Assembly: GCA_038326615.1 (NCBI GenBank)
Contig: JBBQKF010000005.1
Location: 2,911-66,910, forward strand
Reading direction: 5' to 3'
Length of the DNA stretch: 64,000 bases
Origin: Saccharofermentanales bacterium
Lineage (GTDB): Bacteria; Bacillota; Clostridia; Saccharofermentanales; UBA5734
The position numbers and the translations under genes were made by a program. Shown piece after piece: positions 1 to 9,392 of this stretch. The stretch's first letter is position 1, and each line of letters opens with the position of its first letter. Below the pieces are notes generated by a model. It was not told the DNA's origin, searched no databases, and saw only the letters and a program-made list of their open reading frames with translations.

Positions 1-173
1 TTATTGCGTAAATTTTGTAGCATATACTTCCTCAATAAGTCGCTGAAAACATTGTAGCATGAAAACTCCTTGCTCATTGTACAGAACTCCTTGAAATATC
101 ATACAAATTTAAACTCGTTTTGTCTACAAATCGGCAAAATTATACATTTTAGGGACTTTTTTTCGATTACATA

Positions 174-203
174 TTGACAACCAACCTTGATTAGTATGAT
201 AAT
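174..203 (+). promoter_or_regulatory. putative sigma-70-type promoter upstream of the HU gene
   Basis: TTGACA at 174-179, an 18-nt spacer, then GATAAT at 198-203, about 150 nt upstream of the HU ATG. Motif match only. Confidence 0.3.
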
Positions 204-351
204 AAGCAAGGAAACCAACATTTATAGGGCTTTCGAGTTATATTATATCATGTGGACCTAGTTTTTTGTTTCAAGATTAGAATATTTTTAGTAGTATGTC
301 AAATTGTTAACCCATTTTTTAGGTCAAATTAAATTAAGGAGGCATTGGAAA

Positions 352-627
352 ATGAACAAAACAGAACTTGTAACAGCAATCGCACAGGACACACAACTTA
401 GCAAAAAGGATAGTGAAGCAGCTTTGAATGCAGTTATGGGGAATATTACATCCTCACTTGCAAAAGGTGATAAAGTTGTTTTAGTTGGATTCGGAACTTT
501 CGAAGTTCGCAAAAGAGCCGCCCGCAAAGGACGCAATCCAGCATCAGGAGTAGCAATCAAAATTGCAGCATCTAAAGCACCTGTGTTTAAAGCAGGAAAA
601 GGACTAAAAGAAAAAGTCAATAAATAA
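352..627 (+). CDS. hup: DNA-binding protein HU
   Basis: The translation [11 protein letters not shown]...[21 protein letters not shown]...[12 protein letters not shown] is a typical HU/IHF-family sequence. AGGAGG lies 9 nt upstream of the ATG at 352. The track ORF (304) starts at an upstream alternative codon. Confidence 0.9.
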   Translation: MNKTELVTAIAQDTQLSKKDSEAALNAVMGNITSSLAKGDKVVLVGFGTFEVRKRAARKGRNPASGVAIKIAASKAPVFKAGKGLKEKVNK

Positions 628-655
628 GTCAATATTTTTTCCAGATTTTAAAATC

Positions 656-709
656 AGAGACTCTTTGCAACTGCCTAATTATGAGTGGCAATTGACGGGT
701 CTCTTTTTT
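656..709 (+). terminator. rho-independent terminator of hup
   Basis: An imperfect long hairpin (AGAGAC at 656-661 pairs with GTCTCT at 699-704, plus inner pairing) is followed by T6. Confidence 0.6.
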
Positions 710-736
710 AATATTTAACTTCTCTTTTGAACATAT

Positions 737-1540
737 TTATTCTTGATTAAGGTAGGAAAATCTATCATAATCTATATTCATTGGATACGTCTTGCGATGA
801 ACAACAACAGATTTCTCCATTGATTTACGAAAGTTTGCTTCATTATTAATATTATTAATATTGTTTATACTATTTACATCAATTTCTCCAGCAATATAAT
901 TCTTTTGTGAATCATTATAATGTCCTGTATAATCTGATATGTTATTGACATTATCAATTTGATTATTCGAAGAAAGTTCGCAGCTTTCTAGATTACTTGC
1001 AATGTTAGTTGCGTACTCAAGTAAATTGCATATGTAGGATTTCGGGCTTGCTTTATCAATTTTGCTTACTGTTTTACGAATTGCATATCTTATATCTCGT
1101 TCGATTTGAAAAGTTGTACATTTATATAGTTCACAAATACCTGGGTAAATTGTCTTTGATATCGGGCTTAGCAATGAATCATCTTCTATTATTCGATGAA
1201 GAATAAATTTAATGTAACGGTATCCTTTAAGCTGTTTCGGAATTCCACTTTCGAAGAGAGTTTCTTCAATGGCCCTGGAAAAATACGGCCTGAGTTGTTC
1301 ATACTTTTCTTTATTATTCCTTACAATCCTTTTAGTTACCGAGTCGATATTTCTAGTAAGAGTAGGCACTCCACTCCTGCCATCAAGTAGATAATGCTCT
1401 CTACCCATCGAATCTGAAAATGAAATGTGTCCGTTTCTCTTCATAATTGAAGAGACTTTATCAATTAATTCACGGTCAGACGACGCAAAATAAAAACCTA
1501 TGTCCTGAGCTGCAAAATAGTGATTTCTCCATTTTTCCAC
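737..1540 (-). CDS. orphan Spo0A C-terminal (DNA-binding) domain protein with no receiver domain and an Asn-rich tail
   Basis: The segment GIPKQLKGYRYIKFILHRII...ISKTIYPGICELYKCTTFQIERDIRYAIRKT matches the Spo0A_C pattern (HIKGYxYLREAI...ITKxLYPxIAxxxxTTxSRVERAIRHAI). The N-terminal ~95 aa are unrelated to REC domains. The C-terminal part is N/I/S-rich and low in complexity. Confidence 0.7.
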   Translation of the reverse strand: MEKWRNHYFAAQDIGFYFASSDRELIDKVSSIMKRNGHISFSDSMGREHYLLDGRSGVPTLTRNIDSVTKRIVRNNKEKYEQLRPYFSRAIEETLFESGIPKQLKGYRYIKFILHRIIEDDSLLSPISKTIYPGICELYKCTTFQIERDIRYAIRKTVSKIDKASPKSYICNLLEYATNIASNLESCELSSNNQIDNVNNISDYTGHYNDSQKNYIAGEIDVNSINNINNINNEANFRKSMEKSVVVHRKTYPMNIDYDRFSYLNQE

Positions 1541-1578
1541 TTACCTTTTCCTCCTCGTTCTAAATCCTTACATTCTCC

Positions 1579-1650
1579 TATATCCATTAATTATATATCC
1601 ATTAATTATGTATCCATTAACTATATATCCATTAACTATATATCCATTAT
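1579..1650. repeat. tandem repeat, 15-bp unit TATATCCATTAA(C/T)TA, about 5 copies
   Basis: TCCATTA recurs at 1583, 1598, 1613, 1628 and 1643, an exact 15-bp period. The array lies 40-110 bp upstream of the Spo0A_C-like start codon. Confidence 0.9.
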
Positions 1651-1724
1651 TTCGTATTACATTTATTTTCGTTTTATTTGTTGATTAATGCAATATCATA
1701 TATCATAATTTTGAAATTTTTCAC

Positions 1725-1758
1725 AAAAAAGCCCCCCATTCTTACGAACAGGAGGCTT
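1725..1758 (-). terminator. rho-independent terminator after rpsI
   Basis: The minus-strand read is GCCTCC-13 nt-GGGGGGC followed by TTTTTT, about 50 nt after the rpsI stop. Confidence 0.5.
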
Positions 1759-1806
1759 CTTATAATGTTAATATTTAAGCGGCAGTTACAAATTCCAAAG
1801 AGAATA

Positions 1807-2223
1807 TTATCTTTTTGAGAATTGTGATGCTTTACGTGCTTTCTTGAGACCGTACTTTTTTCTTTCCTTCATGCGGGAATCTCTTGTTAGGAATCCTGCT
1901 TTCTTTAGGATTGCTTTGTTTGCATCGAAATCAGCCTTAACGAGAGCTCTCGATAATCCGTGGCGAATTGCTCCTGCCTGTCCGGATAGTCCACCGCCGA
2001 TTGCTTTACAGATAATGTCATATGTTGTTTCATTTCCTGTTGCAACAAGTGGTTGTTTAACTATCAGTTTAAGTGTATCAAGGCCAAAATATTGATCTAT
2101 ATCCTTGCCATTGATTGTTATTGTTCCTTTACCAGGGAAAATACGTACGCATGCAACTGCTTTCTTGCGACGGCCTGTTCCGTAGAAAAATACTGCTTTA
2201 TTTGCTTTTACTTTTGTAGCCAT
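1807..2223 (-). CDS. rpsI: 30S ribosomal protein S9
   Basis: [19 protein letters not shown]...[19 protein letters not shown]...[17 protein letters not shown] is the canonical S9 sequence. The gene sits downstream of rplM. Confidence 0.95.
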   Translation of the reverse strand: MATKVKANKAVFFYGTGRRKKAVACVRIFPGKGTITINGKDIDQYFGLDTLKLIVKQPLVATGNETTYDIICKAIGGGLSGQAGAIRHGLSRALVKADFDANKAILKKAGFLTRDSRMKERKKYGLKKARKASQFSKR

Positions 2224-2242
2224 TTAGGTGTTTCTCCCTTCA

Positions 2243-2677
2243 TTAAATATTTAAATCAAGAACTACAGGCTGTTGTGCTGCTTGTTCATGGTTAGGTCCT
2301 GCGTATACAAATAACTTCTTATAAAGTGCTCTTCCGAGTGCATTCTTAGGGAGCATTCCCTTTACTGCAAGTTCGATAACCTTCTCAGGTTTGTTAGCAA
2401 CCATATCCTTGTACTTAATTTCTTTGAGACCACCGGGATAGCCTGTGTGGTAACGATAGAGTTTCTGATCAAGTTTGTTTCCTGTTAGTTTAATCTTAGA
2501 TGCGTTGATTACGATTACAAAATCACCAGCATCCATGAAAGGTGTGAATTCTGGCTTGTTCTTTCCTCTTAAGATCGATGCAACTTCACTTGCTAATCTT
2601 CCGAGAACTTTGCCTTCTGCATCCACAACATACCACTTTCTGGAAATTTCTGCGGGCTTTGCGACATATGTTTTCAT
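2243..2677 (-). CDS. rplM: 50S ribosomal protein L13
   Basis: [30 protein letters not shown]... is a canonical L13 N-terminus. GGAGG precedes the ATG at 2677. The track ORF extends 14 codons upstream. Confidence 0.95.
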   Translation of the reverse strand: MKTYVAKPAEISRKWYVVDAEGKVLGRLASEVASILRGKNKPEFTPFMDAGDFVIVINASKIKLTGNKLDQKLYRYHTGYPGGLKEIKYKDMVANKPEKVIELAVKGMLPKNALGRALYKKLFVYAGPNHEQAAQQPVVLDLNI

Positions 2678-2850
2678 AGCTTGTTTTACCTCCAATTTGT
2701 ATTTGCTTATATTGAACAAAGAATAAAATAATAATTCAATTTCAAATGCTTGTATATATTATCTTGCATTGGCATTTTTGTCAAGCACTAAATTTAAATT
2801 AGAGCACTAATTCGCGATTATTCTCTGTTTTTCTCTTGTTTTCTAAAATT

Positions 2851-3402
2851 TCAGCGTTTGTCTATCTTTATTTTACTTACCATTAGATAAGATAATAGCA
2901 ATGAAAGAATTGCGGTTATAATCGTATAAATAAGATTATAACGCCCTTTGGTTATTGCAAATGAGTTTATTAAATTCATAAGCGACATTGTAGCTCCTGC
3001 AATCGTAATCGGGATACCCATGAAAACATTGTCAAATTCCATTGAATTAAAACGGGCAAGTCTGAAAGCACCCGCTAATGGATAAATTACACATATTATC
3101 ATGCCAACTGTTCCTAATGAAAAAAGGCCCATTTTCCATGCTATGACTATTGGGGCTATACCAAACGATACGAGGTCGGATAGAGAATCCAACTGTTTCC
3201 CAAGTTCTGAAACTGCATTTAAGCGTCTTGCCACCTGCCCGTCAAATCTATCAACTAAGGCCGCAAACATAACCAGAAACGAGGCTCTTACTAGCAAATC
3301 ATTTTGCGGTGTTGAATCTATAACAAGCAATATTGCAATCATTCCAAGGGATAAATTTGACAACGTAATTATGTTTGGCCATATCGATCTTGAATATTTC
3401 AT
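2851..3402 (-). CDS. pssA: CDP-diacylglycerol--serine O-phosphatidyltransferase
   Basis: It carries the CDP-alcohol phosphatidyltransferase motif DRFDGQVARRLNAVSELGKQLDSLSDLVSFG (DG..AR..8..G...D...D). It is multi-pass membrane and has a 4-nt overlap with psd upstream. Confidence 0.8.
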   Translation of the reverse strand: MKYSRSIWPNIITLSNLSLGMIAILLVIDSTPQNDLLVRASFLVMFAALVDRFDGQVARRLNAVSELGKQLDSLSDLVSFGIAPIVIAWKMGLFSLGTVGMIICVIYPLAGAFRLARFNSMEFDNVFMGIPITIAGATMSLMNLINSFAITKGRYNLIYTIITAILSLLLSYLMVSKIKIDKR

Positions 3403-4097
3403 TGCATTTCTCTTTCTGCGATAACTGTGATTCCACCTCTGACAACATCACCTTGTAAGACACATATTTTAGTTCCCAAGGGCATAACTACCTCAGTGCA
3501 TGACCCAAATCTTATTAGCCCGAATCTCTCACCGCGTTTAAGTAAATCGCCTTCTTTTACCCACCACACAATTCTACGTGCAACAAACCCAGTAATTTGA
3601 TGGACAAGGAATTTATACCCATCGGATGTTTGAATCCCAATAGTATTTCTTTCGTTTATATCAGAAGCATGGCTTTTGAATGCAGGAAGCATCTGTCCTT
3701 CACGATATTGATGGTAAATAACTGTTCCATCTACAGGGCATCTGTTAATATGAACATTGAAAAGAGATAAGAAAATTGATACTTTGATCGCTTTTCCACC
3801 TATAAAGTCCAAATCTTCAATTTCTGTAATACTTAGCACTTTCCCATCAGCTGGAGAAATTAAAGCGTTTTTGGCCGCATTACTAATTCGCACAGGATTA
3901 CGAAAGAAGAGCAGTATAAAGGCGCCTGTTAGTGCTAAAATGACAGATATTGAGCACAACAATACCCTTAAAACAATTAATTGTGAAAAAATGACAGACA
4001 ATGCACCGAAAACAATTGATACTATTAACAAGGAAATACAATATACTAATCCATCTTTTACTACTGGAAAATCTTTAACTTTTTCTTTGCGATACAT
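3399..4097 (-). CDS. psd: phosphatidylserine decarboxylase proenzyme
   Basis: It has an N-terminal TM region and a Psd-like core (FLSLFNVHINRCPVDG..., GERFGLIRFGSCTEV with the GS self-cleavage motif). It is paired with pssA. Confidence 0.85.
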   Translation of the reverse strand: MYRKEKVKDFPVVKDGLVYCISLLIVSIVFGALSVIFSQLIVLRVLLCSISVILALTGAFILLFFRNPVRISNAAKNALISPADGKVLSITEIEDLDFIGGKAIKVSIFLSLFNVHINRCPVDGTVIYHQYREGQMLPAFKSHASDINERNTIGIQTSDGYKFLVHQITGFVARRIVWWVKEGDLLKRGERFGLIRFGSCTEVVMPLGTKICVLQGDVVRGGITVIAEREMQ

Positions 4098-4279
4098 TTT
4101 ATCTGCCTCGTTTTCAATTTATAGATTTTTACATACTGAATTATAACGTTTTTTGCAAATATTGCAATGGAACAATGTTTAATTGTTTCAAAGTCGCCTT
4201 CATTTTGTTATAATATATAAAGATGTGATTATTTTTTATACAAAATAAAGAAAATATTTTAATTTAGCAGGAGCAAAAC

Positions 4280-5296
4280 ATGACTGATGAACTTATTTTA
4301 GATATGCTTTCTGGATCTACAGATTTCATATCTGGTGAACGGATGTGTGAATCACTCAAAATTTCACGGACTGCAGTGTGGAAAGCAATCAACAAGCTCA
4401 AATCAAAAGGGTATCAGATTGACTCTGTGCCACACCGAGGATATAGACTAGTTTCGTCTGCGGATATTCTTAGCAGAAGTGAACTTAATACACTTTGCAA
4501 CACTAAAATGATTGGAAAACAAATAGTTTATTTTGACTCCTGTGGTTCAACAAACGACGAAGCGCGTTTTGGCGACGCAAAAGGCGACGCTGAAGGAACA
4601 GTTTATATAACAGACTTTCAATCAAAAGGCCGCGGAAGACTTGGCAGAGGCTGGCATGAGCAGGAGAAAAAAGGTATTGCCATGTCGATTCTGCTTCATC
4701 CTATGATTTCTCCATCTCAGATTATGCCTGTTTCACTGATTTGCGGACTTAGTATTTGTAAAGCACTCAAGGAAATAACGGGTTTAAATTGTAATGTAAA
4801 ATGGCCAAATGATGTTGTAATAAATGCTAAGAAGATTGCAGGTGTGCTTATTGAAATGTCAACATCAGGCGAGATAGTTCAGTATATAATTCCTGGAATG
4901 GGGGTTAATTGCAATAATTCAATTTTCCCAGAGGATATTAAGGATATTGCAACTTCGGTTTTTCTAGAAACAGGTAAATCCGTTTCGAGGAAGGCGCTTG
5001 TCTGTGGGATTCTTGAAAATTTCGAAAAATATTATTTTGGGTGGATTGAAGAAACGCAAGAGACTACTGACCATGCAATTGATGAGAATCAAATCCCTTC
5101 ATATCTGAAAGAGTACAAATCGCTTTGCATAAATCTAGGCAATGAAGTTATTGTTCATCAGCGTGATATGACATTTTACGGCATTACTAAAGATATAACA
5201 CAAGAAGGCGAGCTAGTCATTTTGCTAGCGAATGGAGAAGAAAAAATAATTTTATCAGGCGAAGTTTCTGTTCGGGGTATTTATGGTTATGTTTGA
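4280..5296 (+). CDS. birA: bifunctional biotin--[acetyl-CoA-carboxylase] ligase / biotin operon repressor
   Basis: An N-terminal HTH (ISRTAVWKAINKLKSKGY), the biotin-ligase signature GRGRLGRGWH, and KWPNDV. Confidence 0.9.
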   Translation: MTDELILDMLSGSTDFISGERMCESLKISRTAVWKAINKLKSKGYQIDSVPHRGYRLVSSADILSRSELNTLCNTKMIGKQIVYFDSCGSTNDEARFGDAKGDAEGTVYITDFQSKGRGRLGRGWHEQEKKGIAMSILLHPMISPSQIMPVSLICGLSICKALKEITGLNCNVKWPNDVVINAKKIAGVLIEMSTSGEIVQYIIPGMGVNCNNSIFPEDIKDIATSVFLETGKSVSRKALVCGILENFEKYYFGWIEETQETTDHAIDENQIPSYLKEYKSLCINLGNEVIVHQRDMTFYGITKDITQEGELVILLANGEEKIILSGEVSVRGIYGYV

Positions 5297-5338
5297 ACTC
5301 AATATTAGTTACAAACAAATAATTACAAGGAGGGTTTT

Positions 5339-7321
5339 ATGGAAAATAATATACATTCAGAAATGAATTTCGGGTTTGTCAGGGTGGCTACAGCTTCTAC
5401 AGTTCTTAAGGTTGCTAATCCATTTTTTAACTCCGATGAGATAAAAAAAGTTATAATGCAGGCAAGTGAGAAACACGTTCAAATCATTGTATTCCCCGAG
5501 CTTTGTATAACTGGATATACTTGCCAGGATTTGTTTTTTCAGCACACGCTGCGAAAGGACGCATTAGTTGCTTTACATAAGTTAATCGAAGATACTAGCT
5601 CTTTAAATCTTGTTTGTATTGTGGGAATCCCATTTTGCTTTAAAGATGAGCTTTTTAACTGCGCGGTGCTCTTTTATAAAGGCAAAATTTATGGCGTTGT
5701 TCCTAAGACATTTTTGCCAAATACTAAAGAATTTTATGAGAAGCGGTGGTTTACTGTAAGAAATGATGCATATTCAGAGTTTGTTACAATCTTAGGGCAG
5801 GAAGTTCCTTTTGGCAAAGTGATTTTTGATATGGAGGAAATTGGTGTAACATTAGGAATCGAAATATGTGAAGATTTGTGGTCTCCTCTTCCGCCAAGTT
5901 CAAATATGGTATTAGAAGGAGCAAATATTATTGCAAATCTTTCTGCCAGCAATGAACTCGTCTCAAAAGCTTCCTATCGCCATAGTCTTATTGAACAGCA
6001 AAGCGCCCGCGGAATATGTGGATACATTTATTCAAGCGCCGGTGTTCATGAATCGACAACTGATCTGGTTTTTTCAGGAGATTGTTCTATTGCAGAAAAT
6101 GGTGTTTCGCTATCCCAAAGTGAGCGTTTTGCTCGTGAAAACCATTTCACAATATCCGATATTGACATTGAGAAGATTTCTTTCGAGCGTCATAGCAGTT
6201 CAAGCTTTGCTGATGCATGTCTTATCAATCGCAAATCATGTGGATATGATATTGTTAAAATTCCGGCAACCCCTAAATTTCTTGCAGTCCGCGACTTGCT
6301 TTTCCGCAGATGCGATCCGCATCCTTTTGTTCCGTCAAATTTAGCTAAACGTGAAGAAAGATGCAGCGAGATTTTTCAGATACAGACTGCCGGACTCGCA
6401 AAACGACTAGAACACACTGGTGTCAAAACAGTTTATATAGGAATTTCCGGTGGACTTGATTCAACTCTTGCTCTATTGATAGCGCATAAGACATTTGAAT
6501 TGCTTGGTCTTCCTTCAAAAGACATTGTAGGTGTTACAATGCCAGGTTTTGGAACCACTGACCTCACATATGAAAACGCAATGACCTTAATGAAACAACT
6601 ACAGGTAACTATTAGGGAAATTGATATAAAAGACAGTTGTCTTACTCATTTTAAAGATATATCTCATGATCCTTCAATTCTCGATGTTACATACGAGAAC
6701 GTGCAGGCAAGAGAACGCACACAAATTCTTATGGACCTTGCAAACAAACATATCGGTATTGTAATCGGAACCGGCGATTTGAGCGAACTTGCATTGGGAT
6801 GGTGTACATATAACGGAGATCAGATGAGTATGTATGGGGTAAATTCTTCAATTCCAAAAACACTTATAAAGTATCTTATTGAATGGATCAGCCAGACTCA
6901 GGAAAATAAGTTAGTAAGAGATGTGCTTAAGCGAATTCTTGATACGCCTATAAGCCCTGAGTTGCTCCCTCCTGACAAAGATGGAAACATTGCACAGAAG
7001 ACAGAAAACACAATCGGCCCTTATGAGTTGCATGATTTTTTCCTTTATCATTTCTTACGCGAGGGAATTTCACCGGATAAGCTTCTCTTCCTTTGCGGTG
7101 TCGCATTCAAAGATAAATATGATGAAGTTACTATAAAGAAATGGCTGAAAGTATTTTATAAGAGGTTTTTCTCTCAGCAGTTCAAGCGTTCCTGTATGCC
7201 AGACGGTCCCAAAGTAGGATCGGTTTCTTTGTCCCCTCGTGGTGACTGGAGAATGCCATCTGACGCGGATGTGACCTCTTGGTTGTCGAAACTTGAAGCT
7301 GAGGGACCGGCTATATTGTAA
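5339..7321 (+). CDS. nadE: glutamine-dependent NAD+ synthetase (CN-hydrolase plus NAD synthase domains)
   Basis: 660 aa with an N-terminal nitrilase-like domain (FPELCITGYTCQDLF, EICEDLW) and a C-terminal PP-loop (GISGGLDST). Confidence 0.9.
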   Translation: MENNIHSEMNFGFVRVATASTVLKVANPFFNSDEIKKVIMQASEKHVQIIVFPELCITGYTCQDLFFQHTLRKDALVALHKLIEDTSSLNLVCIVGIPFCFKDELFNCAVLFYKGKIYGVVPKTFLPNTKEFYEKRWFTVRNDAYSEFVTILGQEVPFGKVIFDMEEIGVTLGIEICEDLWSPLPPSSNMVLEGANIIANLSASNELVSKASYRHSLIEQQSARGICGYIYSSAGVHESTTDLVFSGDCSIAENGVSLSQSERFARENHFTISDIDIEKISFERHSSSSFADACLINRKSCGYDIVKIPATPKFLAVRDLLFRRCDPHPFVPSNLAKREERCSEIFQIQTAGLAKRLEHTGVKTVYIGISGGLDSTLALLIAHKTFELLGLPSKDIVGVTMPGFGTTDLTYENAMTLMKQLQVTIREIDIKDSCLTHFKDISHDPSILDVTYENVQARERTQILMDLANKHIGIVIGTGDLSELALGWCTYNGDQMSMYGVNSSIPKTLIKYLIEWISQTQENKLVRDVLKRILDTPISPELLPPDKDGNIAQKTENTIGPYELHDFFLYHFLREGISPDKLLFLCGVAFKDKYDEVTIKKWLKVFYKRFFSQQFKRSCMPDGPKVGSVSLSPRGDWRMPSDADVTSWLSKLEAEGPAIL

Positions 7322-7391
7322 CATCTGTTACAATTGTTTTATTAATATTATTAAGGTTTATTAAGGTTTTTGAATGTTAATTGCAATTTAT

Positions 7392-8108
7392 CTAATTTTT
7401 ATTTAAAAACGATTTTTTACCTCCGATATTAGTAAAAGTAAAAAACACACAAACGATTGCCGCAATAACTATACCTCCCACAATGTCGGGTGTATAGTGC
7501 TGTTTGGTATAAACCGTCGAAAGCGATATCATAACAAAACAAAATATATTCAATAGGTCAAACCACAAGCCAATTCGTCTGAAAAGCAAAAGGTACCAGC
7601 AACATATAAATGAATAAAAGACATGCATGCTTGGGAAACAATTGAAAGGCTGATCAATTGCATAAATATTTCTGATCATGTTCGTAAGCAAATCATTTCC
7701 AGGCAAAGTTTCCCGAGGAACATATGTTGGAAATCCAACATAAATTATAAAACTAAAAAAAACACTCACAACCATCGTAAAAATTAATTTATAGAAGAAA
7801 GCACTTTTTTTCTGGATAAACAATGAAATTACTGTAAATGCTATATAGATATACCAGAAGTAATATGCTATAACAAAAAATCTGTTAAATTCAATGCTAT
7901 TATCAATAGGAAATTTAAAAATCAAAGGTTTGGTATCGACGAATCTGGCAGCATTAAAATTATTTGCGAGATAATATAAACATCCTGCAATCAAGAGCAG
8001 AGAGATTGTTGCAGCTTTTACGAAAAATTCTTTTCGCCAGATTTTATCATTAAAAAACCAGTAGTCCCAGTTCCCTTGTTTAAATTCATTTTTTTCTTCA
8101 CTCGCCAT
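7392..8108 (-). CDS. PAP2_C / sphingomyelin-synthase-like integral membrane protein
   Basis: Multi-pass membrane protein with CFPSMHV and YTKQHYTPDIVGG (the HYTxDV-type C3 motif of the PAP2 superfamily). Confidence 0.5.
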   Translation of the reverse strand: MASEEKNEFKQGNWDYWFFNDKIWRKEFFVKAATISLLLIAGCLYYLANNFNAARFVDTKPLIFKFPIDNSIEFNRFFVIAYYFWYIYIAFTVISLFIQKKSAFFYKLIFTMVVSVFFSFIIYVGFPTYVPRETLPGNDLLTNMIRNIYAIDQPFNCFPSMHVFYSFICCWYLLLFRRIGLWFDLLNIFCFVMISLSTVYTKQHYTPDIVGGIVIAAIVCVFFTFTNIGGKKSFLNKN

Positions 8109-8216
8109 AATATCAAAGACCCTTCTGATTATTATTTCTTATAAACAATTAAGACAATTGCTAACAGAAATTATAGCATAGCAAGATTTTTTGTAAATAG
8201 AGTAAATTAAAATAAA

Positions 8217-8254
8217 TCTGAATTTATTCAGCATTTATTCAGCATTTATTCAGA
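8217..8254. repeat. tandem repeat CATTTATTCAG, about 3 copies
   Basis: The read is tctgaatttattcagcatttattcagcatttattcagattt, inside a 455-bp AT-rich intergenic region. Confidence 0.8.
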
Positions 8255-8564
8255 TTTAGCCTAACCAAAGAATACAATTTCTTTGAAATTTCGAAAAATG
8301 GTTCGGATGTCAAAAGTTAACCGGATAGCTGCATGTTAAAAAAGTTGATGAAATCACCAAATATTGGCCATTACAAACAATCTGGCATTTGAAATCTTCT
8401 TAAGTCATCGTCGAGCAAAATCTGACTAATCACAATAAATAAAAAGCATGCTTTTGATACCCGAACCAAAAATACTTTATTTGAAATATGCTCTGATGTT
8501 TGTTATAGTTATTTATAAGATATTAACCAAAAAATAAATTGTACTTGAGCTAACGGAGGCATTT

Positions 8565-9392
8565 ATGGCAATTGCGAAAAGGAAGATCAATCATGCTACC
8601 AGAGTGCGTGAAAAAGGATCTATAGCGGCGTTTTTTCCTTATCTTTCAAGAACACGGACGGAATCTGTAATTTATTTTTCGCGTCAGTTAGATGTAACTA
8701 ATGCCATAGAATTTCTTAACACAAAGAAGCGCGGAGGCAAGACTATCTCACTTTTCATTCTAATATCTGCAGCTATTGCAAAAACTTTTGAACAACGGCC
8801 AATGCTCAACCGGTTTATTCTTGGTCGTCGCCTTTATCAACGGGAAGTTTTCGATATATCATACATAATTAAGAAAAACTTAACAGACCAAGGCGCCGAG
8901 ATTTTAACCACAGTTCAAATTGATAAGGGGTCAACTCTTGATGATGTTGCATATATAATGAATGGCGACCAGAAAGCTATGAAAAGTGCCGAAGAGAATG
9001 GGCTTGATAGTCTTATGAATATTTTTGGCAATCTTCCACGCCCAATCATGCGTCTCCTATTTGCGATTGTCCGCTGGCTTGATTTTCATGGGAGGGTCCC
9101 ATCATTTATCAGGAAGGAGCTTCCTTTTTATTGCTCAGTGTTTATATCAAATTTAGGAAGCATTGGAGTAGATGCACCTTTTCACCACTTATATGAACTT
9201 GGAACAACATCGTTTTTTCTTGCAATCGGAAGACCCGTTTTGCAGACAAAAGTTGATAAAGATGGTAATATTGTGGTTCGTAAAATTGTAAATCTTAATA
9301 TTACAGTTGACGAACGCATATGCGATGGATACTATCTTGCACGTTCATTAGACCGTTTTCTAAAATTTATAGAACATCCAGAACTGATTTGA
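8565..9392 (+). CDS. 2-oxoacid dehydrogenase acyltransferase (E2/CAT-fold) catalytic-domain protein, stand-alone
   Basis: The C-terminal LNITVDERICDGYYLARSLDRFLKFIEHPELI aligns to the E2 signature DHRxxDG...F...LE.P. There is no lipoyl or PSBD domain. Confidence 0.6.
   Translation: MAIAKRKINHATRVREKGSIAAFFPYLSRTRTESVIYFSRQLDVTNAIEFLNTKKRGGKTISLFILISAAIAKTFEQRPMLNRFILGRRLYQREVFDISYIIKKNLTDQGAEILTTVQIDKGSTLDDVAYIMNGDQKAMKSAEENGLDSLMNIFGNLPRPIMRLLFAIVRWLDFHGRVPSFIRKELPFYCSVFISNLGSIGVDAPFHHLYELGTTSFFLAIGRPVLQTKVDKDGNIVVRKIVNLNITVDERICDGYYLARSLDRFLKFIEHPELI

Noticed and set aside
1-60. 19-codon minus-strand mini-ORF (MLQCFQRLIEEVYATKFTQ*) preceded by AAGGAG at a 5-nt spacing.
   Set aside because: It is too short to evaluate, has no recognisable family and sits at the window edge. 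It could be chance in AT-rich DNA.
324-632. 102-aa minus-strand ORF fully overlapping hup. The track holds many similar antisense ORFs (for example 1844-2095, 3101-3424, 16688-17032, 18181-18594, 21972-22358, 56231-56683).
   Set aside because: These are shadow ORFs opposite well-supported genes. They have no SD or start context, their composition mirrors the partner strand, and no recognisable motifs are present.
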